Shown here: positions 1 to 9,343 of the stretch, in pieces | Position numbering within the stretch: the stretch's first letter is position 1 | How the letters are laid out: every line of letters starts with the position of its first letter | Source: Planctomycetales bacterium | GTDB taxonomy: Bacteria > 4484-113 | Direction: 5' to 3' | DNA: 64,000 nucleotides | NCBI GenBank assembly: GCA_037441675.1 | Contig: JBBIRS010000003.1 | Location: forward strand, 96,001-160,000 | Position numbers and translations under genes: made by a program | The notes under the pieces: generated by a model | What the model saw: the letters and a program-made list of their open reading frames with translations, nothing else | What the model was told of the DNA's origin: nothing | The model's database searches: none

Positions 1-147
1 GCTAGATATTTGCGAGTCAATCTGAAATTGAGTCTTGATTTTTTTAATTCCTTGTGATAATATTTACTACAGCATAAAGATTTTCACAACTTACTACGAA
101 TTGCTATGCTGGGTAAAGTTAAATTAAGTGTATAGGTGGATGATGTA

Positions 148-909
148 ATGTTAAGCAAAAATGCGTTTATTGCGTTTGTAATCGCGGGAGTTGTGCTTTA
201 CTCCTGTGGTGGAAGTGGGGGGCGTGGACCTGCTCCGCTTCCAAAGCCCGAAAAGGGAACAATTCGTGGAACTGTTGCAATTACGGGCGAGCTTGTTGAA
301 AGCGCAAGGGCTTTTATAGGCGTGTTTCTTCCAAGTAGTGTTGAAGCTCTGAGTTTCTATGAGATACCGGCAGGAGATTTAGCAAGCGGTTCCCACTCTT
401 ACCAATTTGCTAACCTAGACTTTGGGGAGTATAGGATTGCAGTTGTTGTTAACTTTGGCGAAAGTTTCGGAAACAAGATGGAGTACATCTATGCGCCAGG
501 AACAGTTAGAGTAACGGAGAATAACGCTATCGTAAATGGATATGATTTTACTGCCGAGATTCCTCCCGCACCGGCGGGAACTGGTTCAATTTCGGGTGTT
601 GTGACTTTTGTTCAGGGCTTTCCCGATTTAACTCCTGAGGAGGGAGTTTACGTTGGAGTAAGTTTAGGGCTTGACCAAGCTTCAGTTGGTTTTGATAAGA
701 TTGAACCAAGTGAGGTCTCTAATAATCAAGCTAGTTATTCCATCACCGACCTTGAGTTTGGGACTTACTACGTGAGCATCTACGTTTACAATGTCGCCAC
801 GCACATGCCTCGTTTCTTTGGTTTTTACCAGGGAACCGTGACGCTTTCAGAGAGCAATCCTGACCAAACAGGGATTAACTTTGACGCGGATATTACCGAA
901 CTAGGTTAA
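148..909 (+). CDS. Lipoprotein with two tandem beta-sandwich repeats, first gene of a TonB-dependent uptake operon
   Basis: Signal peptide with lipobox VLYS-C from ATG 148. Two similar modules (GTIRGTV..YQFANLDFGEYRI..GYDF and GSISGVV..YSITDLEFGTYYV..GINF). Ends 9 nt before the receptor gene. Confidence 0.75.
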   Translation: MLSKNAFIAFVIAGVVLYSCGGSGGRGPAPLPKPEKGTIRGTVAITGELVESARAFIGVFLPSSVEALSFYEIPAGDLASGSHSYQFANLDFGEYRIAVVVNFGESFGNKMEYIYAPGTVRVTENNAIVNGYDFTAEIPPAPAGTGSISGVVTFVQGFPDLTPEEGVYVGVSLGLDQASVGFDKIEPSEVSNNQASYSITDLEFGTYYVSIYVYNVATHMPRFFGFYQGTVTLSESNPDQTGINFDADITELG

Positions 910-918
910 TAGCTTTTA

Positions 919-2928
919 ATGCGAAGCTTCCTTTTGGTTATTCTTTTTTTGGGAACGTTGCTTTTCTTCGTGCCAATAACACTAATGGCTCAGGAGACAG
1001 AGCCAACGAGTTCCCAAGGGGAGGTAAGTTCCACGGAGGAGGCAGGTGATGCAAGTAGCGAGGTGGATAATGAGGGTGAGGGAGTGGAGGAAGCTAATGC
1101 GTCCGAGGAAGAAAGTGAAGATTCAGAGAGGGGAAAGGAAGAAGCTGAAGAGGTTGGAGAGATTAAGGTGGAGGAGAAAGTCAGTGGGACTTATGCTCCA
1201 GAGCCAACTCCAAAGATTGTAATTAACGCGGAAGAATTGAAGCGATCAGCGCTAGAAGAGTTGACAGGGCTTTCACGGTTCAGCTCCTTTAACATACAGG
1301 AGTTTTTTGGCGGGAATGCTCTATCAATTCTTGGCTTAAACCCAAAGTTTACCCTTATCCTAGTAGATGGACAGCGAGTAGCGGGTCGAATTGATGAGAA
1401 GATTGACGCTAGCCAGCTTCCGCTACTAAGCGTGGATAGAATTGAGGTCATTAGAGGTCCGCTAGCTACAATTTACGGTAGCGGTGCAGTTGCAGGCGTC
1501 GTGAATATCATTACTAAGGTTCCCCAGGACAAACTTACCGCCAATTATCTAACTCGTGGTGGTAGTCATAGTTTTAACTCGCAGTTCTTTGAACTAGCTG
1601 GCACAGAAGGAACAAAGAAGTACCTTTTGGCATACCGAAGGGCACAGCGCTCAAGCTTTGATCTTTATAAGCGAAACCCTGCAACGGATGGTGATGCTTT
1701 TCTTAACCAATTTCTAAAGTTGCGTTACTCAACTCAGCTTGGAAACAAGACGGAGGTCAATCTTAGCGGGTCACTATTTGAAGAAAACAACAACAACATT
1801 CAGACTACCTTTGGAGGACTGGCGAGACGCGGTGATTTTGATACTACTAGAACAGATTATTCCCTCTCCCTCATCAGGAAACTGAACGCCACTTCGGAAT
1901 TATCCCTATCACACAATCTGAGTGAATACGGGCATAACGTAAGGACTACGCTGGTGAATATTGAGGCAGTTAGTCCTACTGAGGATAGGTTCAGAGATGA
2001 GGTTAGGGATACAGAGCTTTCCTACAAGGGGTATGGGGAGAGGTATCTTATCCAGGCGGGAGTTGGACGCAGTCGGGAACATATAAATTCTCCAAGGATT
2101 CTGATTGAGCGTGCGTCCTTTTGGCTGAACTCCTTCTTCGTGAATTACGAAGCTTATTTAAGCGGAGGAAACAGCCTTTCCTTGGGACTTCGCTACGATG
2201 AGCATAAAAGTTTTGGGAGTGAATTTTCGCCAAAGGTTTCGTTTTGGAAGGATGGGAAAAAAGTTGATTTTCGCATTGGTTACGGTAAGGGTTTTAGAGC
2301 GCCAAGCTTAAAGGAGCGTTATTTTGAGTTTAACTCGCCATTTGGTTACACCGTTCGTGGAAATCCAAATTTAACTCCAGAAATCGCAAATACTTTCTTA
2401 GTTGGGATTTCATTTACTCCAAATGATAAGTCAGCCTTTGACATAACCGCATTCGAAAGCAAAGTTTCGGGGATGATTCTACCCACTGAAGTTAGGTCAA
2501 ATCCGCTGATCTTTAGGGAGATAAACGTTGCTCGCGCGAGAAGCTCCGGAGTTACAATTACCGCTTCTTCTCTTTTATCTCGCAGGTTTCGGTTAAGCTT
2601 GGATCAAACTTATACAATAGCCAAAGATGAAGACACGGGCAATTTCTTACCGCAGAACCCTAAGTATAGGGGGGTACTTTCACTACTATACCAGTCATCT
2701 GACAAGTGGGAGGCGGAACTTGTGGGAACTTTGGCGTCTTCGCAGTATACTAGTCTTGAGAATACGCGTATCGCACCGGGACATGGAACTTTGGACGCAA
2801 ACATTTCCGTAAAGAGCCGATATGGAAAAATTATTCTCAACGTCAGAAATGTTTTTGACCGAGTGAACGGGACTTATGGACCTAAACCAGGAAGAGAGTT
2901 CTTTCTGAGTCTTGAGAGAAGCTTATAA
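919..2928 (+). CDS. TonB-dependent outer-membrane receptor (BtuB/FepA/CirA-like)
   Basis: Plug motifs TLILVDGQR and VDRIEVIRGPLATIYGSGAVAGVVNIITK. Barrel motifs GFRAPSLKERY, GNPNLTPE and C-terminal NVFD..PGREF. Confidence 0.93.
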   Translation: MRSFLLVILFLGTLLFFVPITLMAQETEPTSSQGEVSSTEEAGDASSEVDNEGEGVEEANASEEESEDSERGKEEAEEVGEIKVEEKVSGTYAPEPTPKIVINAEELKRSALEELTGLSRFSSFNIQEFFGGNALSILGLNPKFTLILVDGQRVAGRIDEKIDASQLPLLSVDRIEVIRGPLATIYGSGAVAGVVNIITKVPQDKLTANYLTRGGSHSFNSQFFELAGTEGTKKYLLAYRRAQRSSFDLYKRNPATDGDAFLNQFLKLRYSTQLGNKTEVNLSGSLFEENNNNIQTTFGGLARRGDFDTTRTDYSLSLIRKLNATSELSLSHNLSEYGHNVRTTLVNIEAVSPTEDRFRDEVRDTELSYKGYGERYLIQAGVGRSREHINSPRILIERASFWLNSFFVNYEAYLSGGNSLSLGLRYDEHKSFGSEFSPKVSFWKDGKKVDFRIGYGKGFRAPSLKERYFEFNSPFGYTVRGNPNLTPEIANTFLVGISFTPNDKSAFDITAFESKVSGMILPTEVRSNPLIFREINVARARSSGVTITASSLLSRRFRLSLDQTYTIAKDEDTGNFLPQNPKYRGVLSLLYQSSDKWEAELVGTLASSQYTSLENTRIAPGHGTLDANISVKSRYGKIILNVRNVFDRVNGTYGPKPGREFFLSLERSL

Positions 2929-2947
2929 ACTTGCTTGAATATCCAAA

Positions 2948-3556
2948 ATGGTAGAGGCATTTCAAATTGGTGGGCTGGAAGTTTTGCAAAAGGGCGGGTT
3001 CTTCATGTACGTCATCCTTGTTGAATCTGTCATTGGGCTATACTTCTTTTTGGAGCGGTTAGTCTATTATTATTTCTTTCTGAAAAGGTGCAGAATAGGA
3101 ATGAGCAGAATTAAAGGTGTTGAGGATTTAGATAAAGTTAAGCATTCTAATCACACCATAGAGGCATTAAAGTCAGCGGTAAAAGAGGGTAGGGTGAATT
3201 CACGGCTAATTCAGCTAATTGCGGAGAAAGACCTTCAGGATGCGGAGAGGGGCTTGACGACGCTTTCAGTTATCGCTCAAAGCGCTCCGCTATTCGGGCT
3301 TTTGGGAACTATTACCGGTCTTGTTTCCGTGTTTTCCACGATTGAGAGCTTGGGTGGACAGGTTACTCCTTCGGACTTGGCAGGCGGTATTTGGGAGGCA
3401 TTACTGACCACGGTTTTTGGGCTTGTAGTTGGCATTCCGACCCTTATCGCACATAATTACTTCGTGTCAAGACTAACCCATTATGAGCGAGATCTTTTCA
3501 TCACCGTCGGCAGGTTGGTTGATGATTTCAGAAAGAAGAAATTTGAGATAGTTTAA
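2948..3556 (+). CDS. exbB: MotA/TolQ/ExbB proton channel protein
   Basis: APLFGLLGTITG and LAGGIWEALLTTVFGLVVGIP motifs; operon context. Confidence 0.93.
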   Translation: MVEAFQIGGLEVLQKGGFFMYVILVESVIGLYFFLERLVYYYFFLKRCRIGMSRIKGVEDLDKVKHSNHTIEALKSAVKEGRVNSRLIQLIAEKDLQDAERGLTTLSVIAQSAPLFGLLGTITGLVSVFSTIESLGGQVTPSDLAGGIWEALLTTVFGLVVGIPTLIAHNYFVSRLTHYERDLFITVGRLVDDFRKKKFEIV

Positions 3557-3562
3557 GGCAGA

Positions 3563-3964
3563 ATGAATAACCTTTCATTAAGACGAAATAGAATGACGTC
3601 ACCGAGCATTATGATTGCTCCGCTTGTTGACCTCATCTTTACCCTGCTGATATTCTTTATGCTTGTTAGCACCTACATAACTCCAAGCATAAAGATTGAA
3701 CTACCGAAAAGCTCAACCGCAGTTTCTGCTGAAAGGAGAACAGTGAGCATAACAATTACTCGCGAGGGGGCTCTTTATTTAGAAGGCGAAAGGCTAAATT
3801 TGCAGGCGCTTGAACAAAGGCTCAAGGAGCTTGACCCCAAGGTCGTGATAGGAGTTAGATTGAGAGCGGATAGGCTTGTTCCTTTGGAGAATGTGGTCCA
3901 AGTTCTTGATGTGGTCAGGGCTTCGCCGATAAAAAGCGTTGATATTGAGGTGAGGAAAAGGTGA
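3563..3964 (+). CDS. exbD: ExbD/TolR biopolymer transport protein
   Basis: IAPLVDLIFTLLIFFM transmembrane helix with conserved Asp; IELPKS; LRAD..V..VLD. Confidence 0.93.
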   Translation: MNNLSLRRNRMTSPSIMIAPLVDLIFTLLIFFMLVSTYITPSIKIELPKSSTAVSAERRTVSITITREGALYLEGERLNLQALEQRLKELDPKVVIGVRLRADRLVPLENVVQVLDVVRASPIKSVDIEVRKR

Positions 3965-4677
3965 AGCTAAATTGGCTAAGGCTTTTTTTATTATTGGCAA
4001 GCATCTTTATCAACTTCCTCGCCCTTTCAGCCGTTAAGCTAAGTTCGCAGGATAACTTGAGAGAGAGAGCTTCACCACTTCGGCTGGTTAGCTTGAAGGA
4101 GAAAGAAACATCGATACCCAAGCCTGAAAGCTTTGAGCCCAAAAAGCCTGCGGTGAAGAAGTTAGTTAATGATGCACAAAAGCCAGCGGTGAAGCCTAAA
4201 TTGACAGAACCATTGGAAACTCAGCCTTCCAAGGGAGATGAAGAAAGTTCGGCGGAACAAAAAGAAGGTAGCGGAGAATTAGTCTTTCCAGGTTCCAATG
4301 GGGGGTCATCCGTTGATGGAAATGATTCGGGGAATGGGGAGGGGACTATTCCAACGCCGAAGCCCTTTTCAGATGATGAGATAAAGGAAGCTCTAGCAAA
4401 TTACCGCGAAATTCTTTTCGCAAAAATAAATGCTAATAAGGAATATCCCGTAATTGCCAAAAGACTTGGTCACCAGGGAAAAGTTAAGCTCAGCTTCACT
4501 ATAAATAGTGATGGGAAGCTTCTCTCAAGCTCTGTTATAGTTTCTTCTGGCTTTTCTGAACTTGATGAATCTGCACTTGCCGCAGCTAAGAAAGCTAATC
4601 CATTTCCACCATTTCCAAAGGAGATAACAGAGAAGACTAAGGAGTTTAGCGTGGTGATTAACTTTGAGCTTAAGTAG
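3961..4677 (+). CDS. tonB: Energy transducer TonB
   Basis: N-terminal anchor, Pro/Lys linker, TonB_C motif YPVIAKRLGHQGKV..F.I..DG..SSG..ELD. Confidence 0.92.
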   Translation: MKLNWLRLFLLLASIFINFLALSAVKLSSQDNLRERASPLRLVSLKEKETSIPKPESFEPKKPAVKKLVNDAQKPAVKPKLTEPLETQPSKGDEESSAEQKEGSGELVFPGSNGGSSVDGNDSGNGEGTIPTPKPFSDDEIKEALANYREILFAKINANKEYPVIAKRLGHQGKVKLSFTINSDGKLLSSSVIVSSGFSELDESALAAAKKANPFPPFPKEITEKTKEFSVVINFELK

Positions 4678-4815
4678 CAGAGATTATGTCATTACCGCTA
4701 ATGCTTGATGGGGAAGCGGTAAAAGATAACTTTGCAGAAAATGATTTTGATGTTACATGCGATAGGATAAGGGGGAATTTTAGTGCGAGGCGAGAAGCGG
4801 AAGTTAGTTTTATGA

Positions 4816-5067
4816 TCAGACTACCGTTTCAGGCTTTTTGAAGAAGTCATAGTTTATTTGGATGTAATCCTTCCATTTTTCGGGAACTTCATCTTCTGGG
4901 AAAATCGCCTCTACGGGACAGGCTGGGACACAAACTCCACAGTCAATGCAGGTCGATGGGTCAATGTATAACATTAAGTCGTCCTCGTGGATGCAGTCCA
5001 CGGGGCAGACTTCTACACAGGCTTTATCCTTTACACCAATGCAGGGTTCACAAATTATATAGGTCAT
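4816..5067 (-). CDS. Ferredoxin (7Fe/FdxA-type dicluster)
   Basis: CIGVKDKACVEVCPVDCI and CIDCGVCVPACP motifs. Confidence 0.93.
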   Translation of the reverse strand: MTYIICEPCIGVKDKACVEVCPVDCIHEDDLMLYIDPSTCIDCGVCVPACPVEAIFPEDEVPEKWKDYIQINYDFFKKPETVV

Positions 5068-5290
5068 ACTTTTTTACTCCCAAAAAGATTGTAAGACACC
5101 ACAGTGGTTCACGCAATTGAAATCTAATATCAGATTACCATAATATTTCATATTATAACTTTTTTTCGTTAGCAAAAAATTTCGAATTTCTTACGCCAAT
5201 CGTTTTCCTTTAGCGGAAATAGAGAATATCAGAAAAGAAATCAATAGTTCCTGCTCTAATCTGCCGACCTCTGAGCAATGGTAGTTCTTA

Positions 5291-6775
5291 ATGTTCACTT
5301 GTTATACTATAGAATTGTTGGATTATCCTTTCATTCAGTTTGAGTTAAATGCGCTACCTTTTACAGTAATACCACCAAAGTACCCCGCCTATTACGCAGA
5401 TACATTCATAGACCCAAGAATTAACAGGCTGGCGCTTAACCTATCGCGTCCTCCTGAGAAGGCTTTTTATAGTGCCTGTGAGGCATTGAAGAGTTATGAC
5501 GAGGAAACTTGCACAAAATACTTGAGAAAAAGCTTGGAATATGATCCCAATTACCAGGAAGCTCACCTACTTTTGGGCATTCTTGAGGCGGAGAAACTAA
5601 ACTATGAGCAGACGGTATCGCATTTGGAGCAGGCACGGGTTAATCCGCAAAAGTGCGGGCAAATCCTGCGCAGACTTCTACCGTCTCTTAGGCTTCTTCT
5701 TCGGATAAGTAGACTCTATTTCTTTCAAATCTACCCTGATTACTACGGCGCCAGCTTAATTGAAATGAGCGCTTTCTGTAAACTTAGGAAATTGGACGAT
5801 GCGCAAAGAATTTACTCTGAGATAATCAAATTGTTTAAGCCAAGAGATGAGATGAAAGTTATTCTGGCGGAAGGATACATAGCTGAAGGAAGATATGAGG
5901 AAGCCCTGAAGTATCTATCTAGGGAGGAGATGAGAAATTTAGATGAACTTGATTCTACTATGAATATCCTCAAAGGAATTTGTGAGCTGAACTTAGGTAA
6001 ATTCCACGATGCGGTTCTGAGTCTTAAGAATGAGATTAACCCGACAGAGTTGAAGAGTGAGTACTTATGCGGTATTGCTCGCTTCCTCTTTTCAAGAGCC
6101 CTAGAGTTGGACGGATTACCACTATTAGCGTTACAAGAATCGCTGAAGATTGACCAAAAGAGCATTTTTAATCCCACTATTAGAAGTTTTATCAGGTGGC
6201 GCGAGGAAAAACTAAAAGAGAAGATTTCCGAGATGAGTCTTGAAGAAATATACAAAGCGGGAAGGTTGAGCTGGATTAAAGATGATACCCAATCCGATGA
6301 GGAGAAGAAGAAAATTGAGGAAGCGATGAGGAGGCTTTTACCAGAAGCATGGAGAGCTATGAATGTTGAGCCAGTTGAAGAGAGGGGTCAAGTTGCTAGC
6401 CGAACAGGATCTGCGCTTTTGTTTCCACAGACTTTCCGTAGGTCTCTTGGTAAAGGGGATGAGCAGGGGAAAGTAAGGGGGAAAGAGGAGGGTAAAGTTG
6501 ATGAGAAAAAGTTGGAAGAGGCTAGCGCTGAGGAAGCTAGCTCTCAGGGGAGTATGGCGAGTGGCGGTGAAACTCCATTTGAGGAGGGGAAAATTTATCA
6601 ATGGTCAATATCTACTGAGGGCGAACGTGAGTTTCTAAGATTTGATTTCAAAGGAATGCGAGAGAATCCAAAAGCTCTTTTTGGTGGCGAAGCACTTCTA
6701 AAGAAAATTGAAGAGTACGCTTACTTGGTTGGGCTTGCCATATTTGTGATAATTGTTCTAAGGGGTTGTGGCTAA
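5291..6775 (+). CDS. TPR-repeat protein with C-terminal membrane anchor
   Basis: TPR-like helices (YDPNYQEAHLLLG; GRYEEALKYL) and hydrophobic C-terminus. Confidence 0.7.
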   Translation: MFTCYTIELLDYPFIQFELNALPFTVIPPKYPAYYADTFIDPRINRLALNLSRPPEKAFYSACEALKSYDEETCTKYLRKSLEYDPNYQEAHLLLGILEAEKLNYEQTVSHLEQARVNPQKCGQILRRLLPSLRLLLRISRLYFFQIYPDYYGASLIEMSAFCKLRKLDDAQRIYSEIIKLFKPRDEMKVILAEGYIAEGRYEEALKYLSREEMRNLDELDSTMNILKGICELNLGKFHDAVLSLKNEINPTELKSEYLCGIARFLFSRALELDGLPLLALQESLKIDQKSIFNPTIRSFIRWREEKLKEKISEMSLEEIYKAGRLSWIKDDTQSDEEKKKIEEAMRRLLPEAWRAMNVEPVEERGQVASRTGSALLFPQTFRRSLGKGDEQGKVRGKEEGKVDEKKLEEASAEEASSQGSMASGGETPFEEGKIYQWSISTEGEREFLRFDFKGMRENPKALFGGEALLKKIEEYAYLVGLAIFVIIVLRGCG

Positions 6776-7847
6776 AGATAAGCTGTGGCCTGTAAAGTTT
6801 ATGGGCATTTTCAAAAAGAGTTCTTTAAGTAAGTTGCTTAAACATTGGGGAAATTGCTTTTTCATCTTCAAACTTCTTGGCACGAATGGTTTTATCTACA
6901 AAAGGCTAGGAATTTTTATTCTTCTCTTTTTCTTTAACATACTTATTTTTTCTCATAGTTTTATCGCGGTAGGTGAGGAGAATTCTCCAGCCGATAGCGC
7001 TGGTTCTGGCGCTACTTCGGATGACGGAAGAAGACTACTTGATATATTGAAGGGGAATACTGGCTTGAAACCATTTAAGGTGCCTGAATATCTTTCTCTC
7101 GAATTTGGAAATCCTGCGGTAGGCTTCAATCCAATTAGACTTAAGTACATTATTCAGGATAAAACTGGAGCCGTGATTGGCAACCTTGAAGTTAAGATGG
7201 AGACCGACTTTGAAAATGATAGGTTAGTTGCAAAGGTTGTAAAGAGGTATAATCTTGGCTCAGTCACCGAGGTAACGATTGTTGTCAAGGCTGATGATTT
7301 TTCGCCGTTAAGAGCGATGCTTAAGCGAGCTGAAACGCCATCAGAGGATGAAAGAAATAAAGCTGAGGGTCTTTCAGGCGTGAACTTAGATAATTCGGCC
7401 AATAATGAGGAACTAAAGCCGATTTGTTCCGCATACTACTACTACGATCTCGTCACAGTTGACACCTTAGAGAGTGAAGCGCAGTCGTTTTTTGCTTTCC
7501 GAAGGTTTCTGCCAAGTTACGATATTGACGAGATTTTGTTGATTTTGACTGCAGTTGAGATTAGTGATTTTCCCAAGAAGACCCTTTGGTTCTTGACATC
7601 ACCATTTGGAGGCGCAAATCATATCACGCTAGTTGAAAGGATAGGTAAGAGGGTTGTATATGGAGCGGATGCAGAGAGGCACACTTGCGAAGTTCTTAAG
7701 TTTAGCTCACAATCATTTTCCGACGAATACTGCGTGCGCAGTATTTCACCCCAAAGAGTTATAAAGTTCACCGCTGGTGATTTGACCTTTACTTTATGGG
7801 AGGATGAGGAGAATCCGCCCGATATAATTATTGGAGGCGAGAGGTGA
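6768..7847 (+). CDS. Hypothetical exported protein
   Basis: Long ORF overlapping both neighbours, with a hydrophobic N-terminal segment; start uncertain. Confidence 0.6.
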   Translation: MAKDKLWPVKFMGIFKKSSLSKLLKHWGNCFFIFKLLGTNGFIYKRLGIFILLFFFNILIFSHSFIAVGEENSPADSAGSGATSDDGRRLLDILKGNTGLKPFKVPEYLSLEFGNPAVGFNPIRLKYIIQDKTGAVIGNLEVKMETDFENDRLVAKVVKRYNLGSVTEVTIVVKADDFSPLRAMLKRAETPSEDERNKAEGLSGVNLDNSANNEELKPICSAYYYYDLVTVDTLESEAQSFFAFRRFLPSYDIDEILLILTAVEISDFPKKTLWFLTSPFGGANHITLVERIGKRVVYGADAERHTCEVLKFSSQSFSDEYCVRSISPQRVIKFTAGDLTFTLWEDEENPPDIIIGGER

Positions 7848-8743
7848 TTGTATCCGCGGACATTGGCGCAACTAACATCTCTTTGGCGAAAATTCGGTCA
7901 AGCGGGGAAATTGAGGCACATAAGAGATTCTTGACGCCCAAGGGGATAAGCGCCAAAGAGTTCTTGGAGTTCTTCTTGCGTTCAACAAAAAGCATCGTAA
8001 GTTCATTAGATGAAGTGGAAGGTTTTGGGGTTGGCGTTTGTGGAGTGGTGCGGGATGGAACTATCGTATTTTCCCCCAACGCTTGTTTTAGAAACCTTCC
8101 TCTAAAGGAAGGGCTTGAGCAAAAATTTTGCGTTCCTGTCGCAGTGTTAAACGATGCGGACGCATTCGCCCTAGGCGTTTTTCACTACGAGTTTGCAGGT
8201 AGATTTGAAAGTGTTTGCGCTATTACTCTTGGAACTGGCTTGGGAGGCGCGATGGTCTCAAGTTACGGCTTGTTTCAAGGTTTCGGCGGAATGTCACCTG
8301 AAATTGGTCACATTACCCTTGTCGCAAATGGAAGACTTTGCGGATGTGGGAAGCGAGGATGTTTTGAGGCTTACGCTAATGAAAAAGCACTTCTTACTGA
8401 ATACAGGCTAGCCCATGGCAAGAAAAGCTTATCTACAGCTAAAGAACTTTTCGCACTTTTTAGAGGCAGGGATAAGTCTGCGCGGAGGGCTTTTGAGCGG
8501 TATGGATATTTCTTAGGGGTAGGGCTTTCTAGCATCGCAAATGTTTTTACTCCGCAAGTATTTATTCTTGGTGGTGGAATTAGTAAGGCAAAAAGCGCCT
8601 TTTTGCCCGCATTGGAGAAGAGCCTGAGAGAAAATTTGATCAGTGGGCTTCCAATAAAACCAAGGGTTATCTTCTCCGCTTATCAGAGGAAGGCTTCGTT
8701 GCTTGGCGCGTTCTATCAGGTTAAAGCAATGATTGGCATTTGA
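7844..8743 (+). CDS. ROK family sugar kinase (glucokinase-like)
   Basis: DIGATN, NDADAFALG, ITLGTGLGG, EIGH..CGCGKRGCFEAY. Confidence 0.92.
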   Translation: MIVSADIGATNISLAKIRSSGEIEAHKRFLTPKGISAKEFLEFFLRSTKSIVSSLDEVEGFGVGVCGVVRDGTIVFSPNACFRNLPLKEGLEQKFCVPVAVLNDADAFALGVFHYEFAGRFESVCAITLGTGLGGAMVSSYGLFQGFGGMSPEIGHITLVANGRLCGCGKRGCFEAYANEKALLTEYRLAHGKKSLSTAKELFALFRGRDKSARRAFERYGYFLGVGLSSIANVFTPQVFILGGGISKAKSAFLPALEKSLRENLISGLPIKPRVIFSAYQRKASLLGAFYQVKAMIGI

Positions 8744-9197
8744 GTGTATTAAAATATGTCAAGGAGGATTAACAGAAAAAATAGGAAAGAAGAATAGAGT
8801 TACAAGAAAATCTTCTGGGCAATCAATAAGAGTTGCTTCGGATGCCATAGAGGAAGAAATCAGTTTTGAGGATGTCCTAATCCTGATTAAGGAGGCTATT
8901 TCCGATAAGAAGGGAGAGGACATAGTATTCCTCGACCTTTCCCTTATCGTTGATTACCTAGACGTAATTTGCATCGCGACGGGTCATACGCCAACGCACA
9001 ATAGGGCAATCGCTGATAGTGTTACCGAGAAGCTGGCTGAATATGGTATAATCTCTGATAGTCTTCAGGGGTACAGTGATGGTAGCTGGATATTGTTGGA
9101 TTACGGGTTAATAGTGGTTCATATTATGCTTCCACACATTAGGGTATTCTATGACCTGGAGGAGCTGTGGGCTGAAGGTGAAAGAGTTGATGGATAG
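8733..9197 (+). CDS. rsfS: Ribosome silencing factor RsfS (Iojap)
   Basis: DKKGEDI..D, WILLDYG.IVVHI, R.FYDLEELW; start codon uncertain. Confidence 0.93.
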   Translation: MAFECIKICQGGLTEKIGKKNRVTRKSSGQSIRVASDAIEEEISFEDVLILIKEAISDKKGEDIVFLDLSLIVDYLDVICIATGHTPTHNRAIADSVTEKLAEYGIISDSLQGYSDGSWILLDYGLIVVHIMLPHIRVFYDLEELWAEGERVDG

Positions 9198-9199
9198 AT

Positions 9200-9272
9200 G
9201 GGGCAGTGGCGCAGTTGGTAGCGCGTATCCTTGGCGTGGATAAGGTCAGGGGTTCGAATCCCCTCTGCTCCA
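9200..9272 (+). tRNA. tRNA-Ala(GGC), CCA not encoded
   Basis: Cloverleaf: acceptor GGGGCAG/CTGCTCC with G3:U70 Ala determinant, anticodon arm TATCC-TTGGCGT-GGATA, T-arm AGGGG-TTCGAAT-CCCCT. Confidence 0.97.
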
Positions 9273-9343
9273 CTTATTGGAACATTTTTTGAGTTTAGGA
9301 GTCTATTAGTCAGAGTTGAACAATACATTCGGAGGAGATTTGA

